DNA of 64,000 nucleotides from Rhodothermales bacterium (GTDB taxonomy: Bacteria; Bacteroidota; Rhodothermia; Rhodothermales; VXPQ01), in NCBI GenBank assembly GCA_040904565.1, contig JBBDTI010000075.1, positions 106,941 to 170,940 on the forward strand. The letters are read 5' to 3'. Within the stretch, counting starts at the first letter, position 1. Every line of letters starts with the position of its first letter. The position numbers and the translations under genes were made by a program. The notes below the pieces were generated by a model. That model ran no database searches. It was not told the DNA's origin and worked only from the letters and a program-made list of their open reading frames with translations. Of the stretch, positions 34,185-46,672 are shown piece after piece.

Positions 34185-35189
34185 ATGCATCAAGCCCACC
34201 AGCAGACGCAGTCCCCGGACGTACTGGTCGACCTTCAGGAATCGTTCGACCAGCTCCGCCGGGAAGTCGCTAAAACCATCGTCGGCCAGGATCAAATAGT
34301 ACAACACGTCTTCGTGAGCCTCCTGGCGCAGGGACACGTCCTGCTTATTGGCGTACCTGGTCTGGCCAAGACGCTGCTCATCCGTACGCTGGCACAGGCC
34401 ACGGATCTTGAATTCAGCCGGATCCAGTTTACACCCGACCTCATGCCGAGCGACATCACGGGCACCGAGATCATCGAGGAAGACGTCTCCACCGGCCGGC
34501 GGTCATTCAAGTTCGTACACGGCCCTATCTTCGCGAACGTCGTGCTGGCGGACGAGATCAATCGGACCCCGCCGAAGACGCAGGCGGCCCTGCTGGAAGC
34601 CATGCAAGAACACCGGGTCACCGCCGCCGGGGATACGCACGTACTCGACGAGCCATTTTTCGTGCTCGCTACCCAGAACCCGATCGAGCAAGAAGGCACC
34701 TATCCTCTTCCCGAAGCGCAGCTGGATCGGTTCATGTTCAACCTCTGGCTCGATTATCCCGCCTTCGAGGAAGAGGTCGAGGTAGTCCGAAGCACGACGA
34801 GCGCGAGACTGCACGAGATCCAGCCCGTGATGCATGCGGCGGACCTGCAGAAGTATCAGCGCTTCATTCGTGAGATTCCGGTCGCGGACAATGTCATCGA
34901 GTTTGCGGTTCGGCTGGTGGGTCGGACGCGCCCCGGGCGGGACGGAGCGCCTGAGTTCGTATCGAACTATCTGAATTACGGTGCGGGACCCCGGGCTTCA
35001 CAATATCTGATCCTCGGGGCCAAGGCGATGGCGGCACTCGATGGACGTCTGACACCGCTTATCGAAGATGTGCGCCGCATTGCGGTACCGGTGCTTCGCC
35101 ATCGCATCGTTGCGAACTTCAACGCCGAGGCCGACGGCATCACGTCCGTGGACATCATCGAGCGACTTCTTACCGAAGGCAAAAGCTGA
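34185..35189 (+). CDS. MoxR-family AAA+ ATPase (copy 1, no DUF58/vWA partner adjacent)
   Basis: 334-aa ORF with Walker A GVPGLAKT, Walker B VLADEINR and the MoxR core ATQNPIEQEGTYPLPEAQLDRF. Confidence 0.92.
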   Translation: MHQAHQQTQSPDVLVDLQESFDQLRREVAKTIVGQDQIVQHVFVSLLAQGHVLLIGVPGLAKTLLIRTLAQATDLEFSRIQFTPDLMPSDITGTEIIEEDVSTGRRSFKFVHGPIFANVVLADEINRTPPKTQAALLEAMQEHRVTAAGDTHVLDEPFFVLATQNPIEQEGTYPLPEAQLDRFMFNLWLDYPAFEEEVEVVRSTTSARLHEIQPVMHAADLQKYQRFIREIPVADNVIEFAVRLVGRTRPGRDGAPEFVSNYLNYGAGPRASQYLILGAKAMAALDGRLTPLIEDVRRIAVPVLRHRIVANFNAEADGITSVDIIERLLTEGKS

Positions 35190-35202
35190 CGGCGCCTCTC
35201 CC

Positions 35203-36123
35203 ATGCTGTCGATCGATCGGACATCCTCATCGTCGATCCACGAGCAGCTGCTCGCCCAGCTTCGATTTCAGATTGCGAGCGGGCACTATACGGTTGATGA
35301 ACCGCTGCCTTCGACGCGGACGATGGCGCGCCGCCTCGATATCTCCTTTCACACGGTCCGCAAGGTCTACCAGGAGCTCGAGCAAGATGGCATCGTTGCG
35401 TCGCGGCCCGGATCCGGGTTCATCGTCCAGCAGCGCGTTCCGCTGGCAAAGAGCGAACGGATGGAGCGGGGCGCGGCTCTCGTGGAAGAGACGCTCAAGC
35501 ATCTGATCGGACTCGGACTTTCCGAAGGCGAGATCGAGTACCTCTTTCAGGAACAGTCCGCCCTCCTGAAAGGCAGCGGACCGGGCCACAAGCTTGTAGC
35601 CGTATTCCCGTACAGAGAAATGGCGGATCTCTGTGCCTCGCAGATCGAGGACGTGCTCCAGCAGCCTGTCTTAGGAGCGTCTCCGGCCGACTTCACGCGC
35701 CATCTCGATGCGGATTTCGTATTCGCACCGTACGCATTAGTCCAGGACGTCATGGCGCACCTGCCCCGTGCTGACGTTATCGGCATCATCACCTACCTGG
35801 ACCAGGAGGCCCTCGGACGCATCGCCCGGCTGCTGGATGACGAAACGCTGGGCGTCGTTACGAAATACGCCGACTCGATCCAGCCGCTAACGTCGGAGAT
35901 ACGGAGCGCGACGTCATTCTCGGGTCAGATGCTAGCGGCCTCGGTCGATAAGAGCGCCGATCACCTCGCCCAATTTATCGACCAGACCGATCTGGTCGTC
36001 TTCACGCCTCCATGCCGCCGCCGCATGCTCGGTCTGCTTCGAGACCGGCATCAGCGCCTACCCATCGCCCCGATCGTTGCCGAGGATTCGTTGAAAGCCA
36101 TCCGCGAGGCGCTTCCCGGATAG
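35203..36123 (+). CDS. GntR-family transcriptional regulator
   Basis: The ATG at 35203 lies 13 nt after the moxR stop. The N-terminal winged HTH reads LPSTRTMARRLDISFHTVRKVYQELEQDGIVASRPGSGFIV. The C-terminal domain of about 230 aa could not be assigned. Confidence 0.75.
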   Translation: MLSIDRTSSSSIHEQLLAQLRFQIASGHYTVDEPLPSTRTMARRLDISFHTVRKVYQELEQDGIVASRPGSGFIVQQRVPLAKSERMERGAALVEETLKHLIGLGLSEGEIEYLFQEQSALLKGSGPGHKLVAVFPYREMADLCASQIEDVLQQPVLGASPADFTRHLDADFVFAPYALVQDVMAHLPRADVIGIITYLDQEALGRIARLLDDETLGVVTKYADSIQPLTSEIRSATSFSGQMLAASVDKSADHLAQFIDQTDLVVFTPPCRRRMLGLLRDRHQRLPIAPIVAEDSLKAIREALPG

Positions 36124-36128
36124 TTATA

Positions 36129-38870
36129 TCACTCCGTCCGAGGTTCGTCGACCGAGTCCTCCGTCGGATGCTCCGGTTCGACCTCCGCCGCGCCGTCCCC
36201 ATTCACGTCATCCTTCTCTACCGGATCCGGGGCGGCACCTCGCGCTCGTCGCTCGACCTCGGTCTCCGAGCGGGGCCCGGCACCCCGACTGGCAGCCTCC
36301 TCGCGCGTCCTTCTGGCCCGTTCGGCCTCCTCCGCATGAACGTCTCGTTCCTCTTCGGTCCCACCCGTCTTCTCCTCTTGCTCAGCAGTATCCTCGTCCG
36401 ACGCCCCCATGTCGCCGACCTCAGACTCCAAGACGTCAGACTCCAAACTTCCGTCCCCGGAATCCTGCTCGTCGTCGATGCGACGATCCGCCGGTTGCAC
36501 GCCGGCTTTCAGCCGCGCCTCTTCCCTGTCCTCCTTAGATTCTCGTTCCTCCTGGCCGGGATACTTAACCCGCACGTGGTAGATGCCCAGAAGTATCGAA
36601 AGGAATGTTTCCTTTATTTTCGAGAGGTCGCGAAACGTCAGGTCTGTCTGGTCCAGCTGCCCGTCCTCGATGCGCGAGGTAAAGATCATGTCTACCAGCG
36701 TTTCCAGGCGCTTATGCGCCGGATCCGTCAGGCTGCGGCTCGCCGCTTCGATGGAATCGGCCAGCAGCAGAATGCCCGTCTCCTTCGTCTTGGGTCGAGG
36801 GCCCGGGTAACGAAACTCCGATTCGAGGATCTCGGGATCTCCTTCGGGACGTTGATCGAGCGCCTTTCGATAGAAGAACTCGATGCGCGAAGTCCCGTGA
36901 TGCATGGGAATGAAATCGAGCACGCGCTGGGGAAGATTGTACTGCCTGCCCATCTCCATACCCTCCTTCACGTGGCTGGCGATAATAAGCGCACTCATCC
37001 TGGGCTTCAGCTGCGTATGCGGATTCATTCCGGGGCGCTGATTCTCCACGAAATACTCCGGCTTGAGCATTTTGCCGATGTCGTGATACAGGGCCCCTAC
37101 ACGCGTTAGAAGCGCGTTGGCACCGATGGCGTTCGCAGCCGCCTCCGACAGGTTAGCAACCTGTAGCGAATGATTGAACGTTCCGGGCGCGCGAAGCGAG
37201 AGCTCCTTCAGCAAGGGCCTGTTTGTATCCGACAGCTCCAGCAGCGAGAGGTCCGTCGTAATGTCGAACGTCCGCTCGAAAACCCACAGCAGCGGATATG
37301 CCAGAACGATCAGAAAGGAGTTGACGGCCACCAGCATAAGGTCCGACAAGAAGAGGTCGCGCGGCGCTCCGAAAAAGATGGCCGTAGCCCCCAGGACGAC
37401 CAGATACCCGACAAAAACAAGACCCGCACTGATGAACAACTGCCCGCGATTCTTGATGTCGCGAACGCTGAACACGCCGAGCGTCGCCGCAAAGATGGTG
37501 GCGAACGTAAACTCATAGTCGTAATGCAGCAGCTGCCCTCCGATAAGCGCGAGCGTCAGTGCGCCGAAGAGTCCCACCCTCGAATCGAACATGACGGTAA
37601 ATAGAATCGGGGCAATGGCCGCGGGAACGATGAACATGGCCACGGACTCGACGCGGATGGCGATGGCGAACAGGCCGATGATGACCGCGAAGAGAATGGC
37701 TACGAGCAGCACCTTCCGATTGTCCTCGAAAATCGACCTTCGAAGCAGAAAGAGGTACAGGAAAAAGATGAAGTACGTCGAAAGCGCAACGAGGAACTGT
37801 CCCAGCATGACGCGCCACAGCAGATTCTCACCCCCACGCTCCTGTCGCGTTCGTTCCAGAGAAGTCAGCTGCGCACGAATCTGTTCCGTGACGCTCTGCC
37901 CCTTCTCGACGATGACGTCACCCTGGCTGATTCGTCCCCGCGTCGGTGAAATGCGCTGTTCGATCCGCTGCCATTCCCGCACCGTCGCGGCGCGCATATA
38001 GGTCAACGACGGCGTAAAGATGGCTCGGAAAAACGCCGTACCCAGTGGGGCGACACGGGGGTCGTCGGCATACTCCTGCTGCAGCTGCCGGTCCGCGTAC
38101 GCATACGCTTCATTCAATCCGTAGAGATTGTCCTTGTCTCTCGTAACCTCACTTCGACTAACCTCATCTCGAATGTAGATCTGGTCCGCCCGCACGCTGT
38201 CGAGCGGTACGTCGAGTACGCCGATGTTGAGCAGCTGTGTACCCAGCTCCCATGCATCGATGAGCAGCTGCTGATCGAGGCGCGGCTCGTCGTCGGCACC
38301 ACCTTCGGTTTCGGAAAGCTCCGGGACGTGCTGCACGTACGACTCCACCAGCATGCGCCACTGCTCCGGAGTCGCCTTCAGGCGGGCGGAGCGGCGCAGT
38401 TCGACGTACCGAAGCGAGTCGCGGTTCGCGACCGACGTGCGTCCCACCAGGCGGTTCATGCGGAAACTGCCGTAGGCCTGGAAGACGCGTTCGAGCTGCT
38501 GCGCCACAGTGTCTCGATTCGCCGCCATCTGGTCTTGAACGTCCGGCACCTCGCGAAAGTACGGGGGCGTTCGGGACCGCAACTCCGCTCGTTCGCGCGC
38601 CAGCTCCTCGCTAGATTTATAGATTGGAAAATCGAAGGGAGCGACGAGCGCCTCTCTCCGCCACTCGTCCCCCACATCTACGGTGTACTGGTAGACATTG
38701 CCCCGTGGGAAGGCGGCCAGAGTGAGCAGGACGAGAGCGAGCAGTATGCCCACCTTGAAGGCCCATTTCGTCTGCTTCGTACGGCGCGAAGATTCCCGTC
38801 CCTTTTCCAGCTTCTGCCCGACGGGACGCGCCTTCTTCTTCACGAGGCCTACTTTTTGTAACAGTCCCAT
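36129..38870 (-). CDS. 7TM-receptor HD-domain phosphohydrolase (PgpH/7TMR-HD type) with charged C-terminal tail
   Basis: About 913 aa from the ATG at 38870. It has a large N-terminal extracytoplasmic region, then about 7 TM helices, then an HD domain (HSLQVANLSE..., ALYHDIGK, MHHGTS). The last approximately 170 aa are E/D/R-rich. Confidence 0.85.
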   Translation of the reverse strand: MGLLQKVGLVKKKARPVGQKLEKGRESSRRTKQTKWAFKVGILLALVLLTLAAFPRGNVYQYTVDVGDEWRREALVAPFDFPIYKSSEELARERAELRSRTPPYFREVPDVQDQMAANRDTVAQQLERVFQAYGSFRMNRLVGRTSVANRDSLRYVELRRSARLKATPEQWRMLVESYVQHVPELSETEGGADDEPRLDQQLLIDAWELGTQLLNIGVLDVPLDSVRADQIYIRDEVSRSEVTRDKDNLYGLNEAYAYADRQLQQEYADDPRVAPLGTAFFRAIFTPSLTYMRAATVREWQRIEQRISPTRGRISQGDVIVEKGQSVTEQIRAQLTSLERTRQERGGENLLWRVMLGQFLVALSTYFIFFLYLFLLRRSIFEDNRKVLLVAILFAVIIGLFAIAIRVESVAMFIVPAAIAPILFTVMFDSRVGLFGALTLALIGGQLLHYDYEFTFATIFAATLGVFSVRDIKNRGQLFISAGLVFVGYLVVLGATAIFFGAPRDLFLSDLMLVAVNSFLIVLAYPLLWVFERTFDITTDLSLLELSDTNRPLLKELSLRAPGTFNHSLQVANLSEAAANAIGANALLTRVGALYHDIGKMLKPEYFVENQRPGMNPHTQLKPRMSALIIASHVKEGMEMGRQYNLPQRVLDFIPMHHGTSRIEFFYRKALDQRPEGDPEILESEFRYPGPRPKTKETGILLLADSIEAASRSLTDPAHKRLETLVDMIFTSRIEDGQLDQTDLTFRDLSKIKETFLSILLGIYHVRVKYPGQEERESKEDREEARLKAGVQPADRRIDDEQDSGDGSLESDVLESEVGDMGASDEDTAEQEEKTGGTEEERDVHAEEAERARRTREEAASRGAGPRSETEVERRARGAAPDPVEKDDVNGDGAAEVEPEHPTEDSVDEPRTE

Positions 38871-38947
38871 AAATGAACTACCAAGTCCTGCAAAGCGCAG
38901 ACGGTGCGAGAATATTCTCGTGCTTTCCGAGCACGATAACCACAAGG

Positions 38948-40477
38948 CTACCTATGCCGTAATCCAAGCAAGGATCCTATCGCGAGGTTCACGCCGGCAC
39001 CTATGGCCGTGTACCACGGCCATCCGATCGCCTCGAGACCCCGTTCGGCGACCACCTCGTCCGCGGGCATAAACGCCACTATCCACCCCGCGTCCGGTTC
39101 GTGCCAGACGGCAAAAATCACCCAGGTCATGAACGCGATGGTGACCAGAAAAGAGATCACAGCGTCGAGCTCACGGGTGGACTTATTGACCAGTCCCAGC
39201 AGGAAGATGCCGAGCAGGCCGCCGTACGTGAACGAGGCAATGGCGAGACCCAGCTCTACGACGGGATTCGTCTGGTCCTCGAAGAGGGTAGCGAAAAAGA
39301 TGAACGCGACGCCCCAGAACATCGTGAAGCCTCGAGAGACGAACAGCGCGCGATCTTCATCGATGGGACGTCCACGGATCCGCTCGTAAAGGTCCATTAC
39401 GGATGAAGACGCCAGCGAATTAAGGGAGGAGGACAGCGTGCTCATTGCGGCGGCGACGATCCCGGCCAGCAAAAGTCCGGAGACCCCGGGTGGCAGCCCC
39501 TCGATGATGAACATCGGAAAGATCTCGTCGCCCCGCGTCAACCCCAGCTCCTCTATCGAAGCCCCGCCATACAGCGACCACAGCAGCAGTCCGACCAGCA
39601 GGAAGAGCGCGAATTGAAACATCACGACGACGCCGGAACCGATGAGCGCCTTTTTCCCGTCTGCCAGATTTCTGCAGGTCAGGACGCGCTGCACGATGAG
39701 TTGGTCCGTTCCGTGCGAGGCCATGGAGAAGATCGCACCGCCGACGACGGCCGCCAGGAAGGTATACGGATTCGTCAGCCACGTCGCGAGAGACTCGTCA
39801 AACGCGAAATCGACAATCTGCGTCTTGCCGGCTTCCGCCGCGTGCATCCACCAGTCTGAGGGTACCTCGCCGAGCAGGACGTAGACGGCACCGATCGCTC
39901 CCCCTACGTAGACGGCCATCTGGACGACATCCATCCAGATCACCGCTTTGATTCCCCCGATGATTGTGTAGATAACGGTTACTATTGCAATAACGGCTAT
40001 TATCGAGAAGTAGGACAACTCGAGACCCGCCGTATCGGCGATGACTTTGAGCGGAATGGCCGTTGCAAACAGCCGCACCCCGTCAGCCAGGAGCCGCGTG
40101 ACCAGAAACGTGACGGAGGCCGTCCCACGCATGGTATCTCCATACCGATTTCCGAGAAACGCGTACGCCGTCGCGAGCTCTCCCTTGAAATACTGGGGTA
40201 GAAAGATCGCCGAGACGGCTATGCGTCCGATGAGATAACCCAGCGTAAGCTGCAGGAAGGTGAGCGTACCCCCGTATGCGACGGCGGGTATGCCGATCAC
40301 CGTGAGCGTGCTCGTCTCCGTGGCCACGATGGAAAAGCATACCGCCCACCAGGGCAGATCTCGGCTCCCGAGGAAGTAGTCGGCCGTATTCGTCTGTCGC
40401 CCCCCTGCTCGGATGCCGAAGATCGCGACACCGGCCAGGTAGAGTACGATGACGACGTAGTCGATGGTGGTGAGCAT
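38948..40477 (-). CDS. Sodium:solute symporter family (SSF) transporter
   Basis: 509-aa polytopic ORF with an SSF-like N-terminus (DYFLGSRDLPWW, SIVATETS) and about 13 hydrophobic spans. Confidence 0.85.
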   Translation of the reverse strand: MLTTIDYVVIVLYLAGVAIFGIRAGGRQTNTADYFLGSRDLPWWAVCFSIVATETSTLTVIGIPAVAYGGTLTFLQLTLGYLIGRIAVSAIFLPQYFKGELATAYAFLGNRYGDTMRGTASVTFLVTRLLADGVRLFATAIPLKVIADTAGLELSYFSIIAVIAIVTVIYTIIGGIKAVIWMDVVQMAVYVGGAIGAVYVLLGEVPSDWWMHAAEAGKTQIVDFAFDESLATWLTNPYTFLAAVVGGAIFSMASHGTDQLIVQRVLTCRNLADGKKALIGSGVVVMFQFALFLLVGLLLWSLYGGASIEELGLTRGDEIFPMFIIEGLPPGVSGLLLAGIVAAAMSTLSSSLNSLASSSVMDLYERIRGRPIDEDRALFVSRGFTMFWGVAFIFFATLFEDQTNPVVELGLAIASFTYGGLLGIFLLGLVNKSTRELDAVISFLVTIAFMTWVIFAVWHEPDAGWIVAFMPADEVVAERGLEAIGWPWYTAIGAGVNLAIGSLLGLRHR

Positions 40478-40486
40478 GGACGTACG

Positions 40487-43923
<3,437 letters not shown>

Positions 43924-44293
43924 AGTCTACACCCGCTGGAATTCTCTTTCGATCGAGGACAATCTCGGCTGCACATCCGTCCCGCCGTATATCATCCTTT
44001 CTAAACTTCGGGGGACACAGAGATCCACGAGCCTCTAAATATGTGTGCTTTATGTGAAGCATATCCGGCGATTACTCGAGACAGAACGGAACATAGATAG
44101 AGCTGCCGCGGCATCGCCACACATACACCACAATGAGGCCACGGCCACGAATCCGCGTCCCTATCGAATCGGTACCACGGGCGGAAGATAGAGAAACGCA
44201 CGATCCAAATGCGAGCGGCTCGCCTCCTCGGCAACCGCGCTGGAGAAAATTCGTTAAAACGATCACCGTTATTTCCATCCGATTCGAGACGAT

Positions 44294-44821
44294 ATGTTTG
44301 GTCGCCTGCTCGCGATTTTCCTCATCACTCCGGTCATTGAGCTCGCCTTGCTCATCAAAGTCGGCGAGGTCATCGGCTTCGCTCCGACGATCGGACTGAT
44401 CGTCGTGACGGGCCTTGCGGGCAGTTACCTTGCTCGCCGAGAGGGGCTTTCCGTCTGGCGGCGCTTTCACGAGCGGCTGCACGCCGGCGATCTGCCCGGG
44501 AGGGAACTCGTCGACGGGATGATCATCCTGGTATCCGGTGCCCTTCTGATCACACCGGGTGTATTGACTGACGTCGTAGGTTTCCTCGGCCTCCTTCCCA
44601 TTACACGGCGTTACCTAAGGCAATACATTAACAAGCGCATCCGCAGAGCAGTGGAACGTGGCAACGTGCGTCTCACGTTTGGCGGGATCCGTTCGTACGG
44701 TACCGAATTCGATGCGACGCATTACGAGCGGAGTGGAAAACGAAACGAAGGCCCAGCTCAGGACGGGGAGATCTCCTGGGAGGGGCAGGGTCGCGAGAAA
44801 CCGGAACACGGCGTAGAATAG
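44294..44821 (+). CDS. fxsA: FxsA family membrane protein
   Basis: 175-aa ORF with a typical FxsA N-terminus (LAIFLITPVIELALLIKVGEVIG...LLITPGVLTDVVGFLLL). Confidence 0.85.
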   Translation: MFGRLLAIFLITPVIELALLIKVGEVIGFAPTIGLIVVTGLAGSYLARREGLSVWRRFHERLHAGDLPGRELVDGMIILVSGALLITPGVLTDVVGFLGLLPITRRYLRQYINKRIRRAVERGNVRLTFGGIRSYGTEFDATHYERSGKRNEGPAQDGEISWEGQGREKPEHGVE

Positions 44822-44975
44822 AAGCGATGCTGCGGCCTGGCAGAGCGTCACCATTGCGATCCGACGGTCCATATGAACTCCGGATGGATTTGGCGGAACG
44901 ACTGTCGAATGGCGCGCGGCCGCACGATGTTGTCAGAACGAACGCTCGATAGCAAGGTACAAGAGCGTCGCATTT

Positions 44976-45048
44976 AGGCCCGTAGCTCAACTGGCAGAGC
45001 ATCTGACTCTTAATCAGAGGGTTCGGGGTTCGAGTCCCCGCGGGCCTA
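44976..45048 (+). tRNA. tRNA-Lys (anticodon CUU), 73 nt, no encoded CCA
   Basis: A manual cloverleaf fits. The acceptor stem is AGGCCCG/CGGGCCU, the D-stem GCUC/GAGC and the anticodon stem UCUGA/UCAGA with loop CU-CUU-AA. The variable loop is 5 nt, the T-stem CGGGG/CCCCG with loop UUCGAGU, and the discriminator is A. Confidence 0.9.
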
Positions 45049-45086
45049 CTTGAGCGCCTGCCGGCGCCCGCAACCATCTATCGAAG

Positions 45087-45120
45087 AGCCGCCGTTCCGA
45101 CCGGAGCCGGCGGCTTTTCT
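45087..45120 (+). terminator. Rho-independent terminator after tRNA-Lys
   Basis: An 8-bp stem AGCCGCCG / CGGCGGCT followed by TTTTCT. Confidence 0.55.
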
Positions 45121-45230
45121 GTACTTACGGATTTTCAACGATATTCTTGGAGGCGACGATCGACCGGCTGCACCGCGCGCAAGAATCCGCCGTGAGCGGT
45201 TACCTCAGGATTCCTGAGGGCCTTCGCGAT

Positions 45231-46091
45231 ATGGCGCTGGCCGCGTTCTTCTTCAGTCTGATGAGCCTGCTCGTCAAACTCGTCGGTCAGCGTCTGCCGG
45301 CCTCGGAGGTCGTCATGGCACGCAGCGTCGTTTCCCTCGCTATCTCCTGGGTCATGCTGCGCCGGGTGGGCATCGTACCGTGGGGTCGCCGTAAGGGTCT
45401 CCTGACGGTTCGCGGCCTGGTAGGCTTCGTGGCCCTGCTCTGCTTTTTCTATGCCATCCCGCGCCTGCCCCTGGCGGACGTCACGACGATTCAGTTCACG
45501 AATCCTGCCTTTACCGCGTTGTTTGCCGCGGTGTTCATTCGCGAAAGGATGACGCGCACCGTCGTCTTTTCGATTGCCCTGAGTCTCGCCGGCGTTACGC
45601 TGATCGCCCAGCCCACGCTGCTGTTCGGATCGGGTGCCGATGCGCTAGACCTGACGGCCGTCGGCATCGCCCTCCTGGGAGCGGTCTTCGCCGCGCTGGC
45701 CTACACGACGGTGCGCAAGCTTCGAGAAACCGAGCACGCGCTGGTCGTGGTCTTCTATTTTCCGCTCGTTTCCATCCCGGCCTGCCTTCCTATCATGGCG
45801 CCCGTCGCCGTATGGCCGACGGCGGCGGAGTGGCTCATGCTGATCGGCATCGGCGTGCTCACGCAGATCGCGCAGATCTTTCTCACGAACGGGCTCCATA
45901 AGGAGAAGGCCGGCCGCGCAACGTCGGTCAGCTACCTGCAGATTCTCTTCGCGGCGCTCTGGGGATTCCTCTTTTTCGGGGAGATCCCGGACGGGTTGAC
46001 GGTGCTCGGCGTCGTGCTCGTCATCTCCGGCGTCGTGTACGTGGCCCGCGCCTCAAACCAGGCCGCCAGGTCGGGCGCATCGATCTCGTAA
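45231..46091 (+). CDS. DMT-superfamily (EamA-type) transporter
   Basis: About 286 aa from the ATG at 45231, with ten hydrophobic spans in a duplicated EamA-like arrangement. The ORF-track TTG at 45147 would abut the tRNA terminator. Confidence 0.8.
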   Translation: MALAAFFFSLMSLLVKLVGQRLPASEVVMARSVVSLAISWVMLRRVGIVPWGRRKGLLTVRGLVGFVALLCFFYAIPRLPLADVTTIQFTNPAFTALFAAVFIRERMTRTVVFSIALSLAGVTLIAQPTLLFGSGADALDLTAVGIALLGAVFAALAYTTVRKLRETEHALVVVFYFPLVSIPACLPIMAPVAVWPTAAEWLMLIGIGVLTQIAQIFLTNGLHKEKAGRATSVSYLQILFAALWGFLFFGEIPDGLTVLGVVLVISGVVYVARASNQAARSGASIS

Positions 46092-46156
46092 CCGGTCTAG
46101 CAGCCGGTCTCACAGTCGGTCTCGCAGCGTGCCGGATCTACGCGTGCCGGCATCTA
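46092..46156. repeat. Short tandem repeats in a convergent intergenic region
   Basis: Three copies of a 12-nt unit CCGGTCTnnCAG at 46092-46127, followed by two copies of CGTGCCGG(C)ATCTAC at 46128-46157. Confidence 0.7.
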
Positions 46157-46672
46157 CTCGATCAATCGCCCGAGCCGTTCGGCCAGCGCAGCGTGCCCCT
46201 GCATGCCGGCCACATCGGCGGCCGTATTCCCCTCCTCGTTCGTCGCAGCCGGATCGGCCCCTCGTTCGAGCAGCAGCTCGACGAGATCGGACTGGCGGAA
46301 CATGGCTGCGAACATGAGGGCGGTGACGCCGCCACCGTTGCACGCCTCAATCTCGGCGTCGTAATCGAGCAAGACGCGCGCCACATCCACATATCCTTTG
46401 AAACCGATACCCATGAGAGGTGTGTTGCCGCCGGCATCGGGGCGGTCGGGATCCGCGCCGTAATCCAGCAGCAATCGTACGGTCGTAGCCTGACCGTTAT
46501 ACGCGGCAATCATCACCAGCGAATAACCGCGCTCGTCCGTCAGGTCCGGATCCAGTCCAGCCTTCAAGAACATCTCCAGTACCTCGGCATCACCGCGACG
46601 GGCAATCTCGTGATAGTCTACGCGCCGTGGGTCGATGGGCGTGCCGTCCGTGGTCGACTCCATGGGATTCAT
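46154..46672 (-). CDS. Ankyrin-repeat protein (AnkB-like, catalase-associated)
   Basis: About 172 aa with 4 ANK-like repeats (GYSLVMIAAYNGQATTVRLLLDYGADPD, GNTPLMGIGFKGYVDVARVLLDYDA, GVTALMFAAMFRQSDLVELLLERGADP, GNTAADVAGMQGH). Its ATG overlaps the catalase TGA (TGATG). Confidence 0.82.
   Translation of the reverse strand: MNPMESTTDGTPIDPRRVDYHEIARRGDAEVLEMFLKAGLDPDLTDERGYSLVMIAAYNGQATTVRLLLDYGADPDRPDAGGNTPLMGIGFKGYVDVARVLLDYDAEIEACNGGGVTALMFAAMFRQSDLVELLLERGADPAATNEEGNTAADVAGMQGHAALAERLGRLIE

Noticed and set aside
36012-37109. 365-aa plus-strand ORF overlapping the end of the GntR gene and the HD-domain gene
   Set aside because: It has no motifs and overlaps two well-supported genes, so it is a high-GC artefact.
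44673-45077. 134-aa minus-strand ORF
   Set aside because: It overlaps the well-formed tRNA-Lys cloverleaf and the fxsA 3' end, and its translation has no features.
44976-46100. tRNA-Lys as a possible integration site for a genomic island
   Set aside because: No integrase, no direct repeat of the tRNA 3' end that I could spot, and the downstream genes (DMT, kat-ank, oxyR) have ordinary composition.
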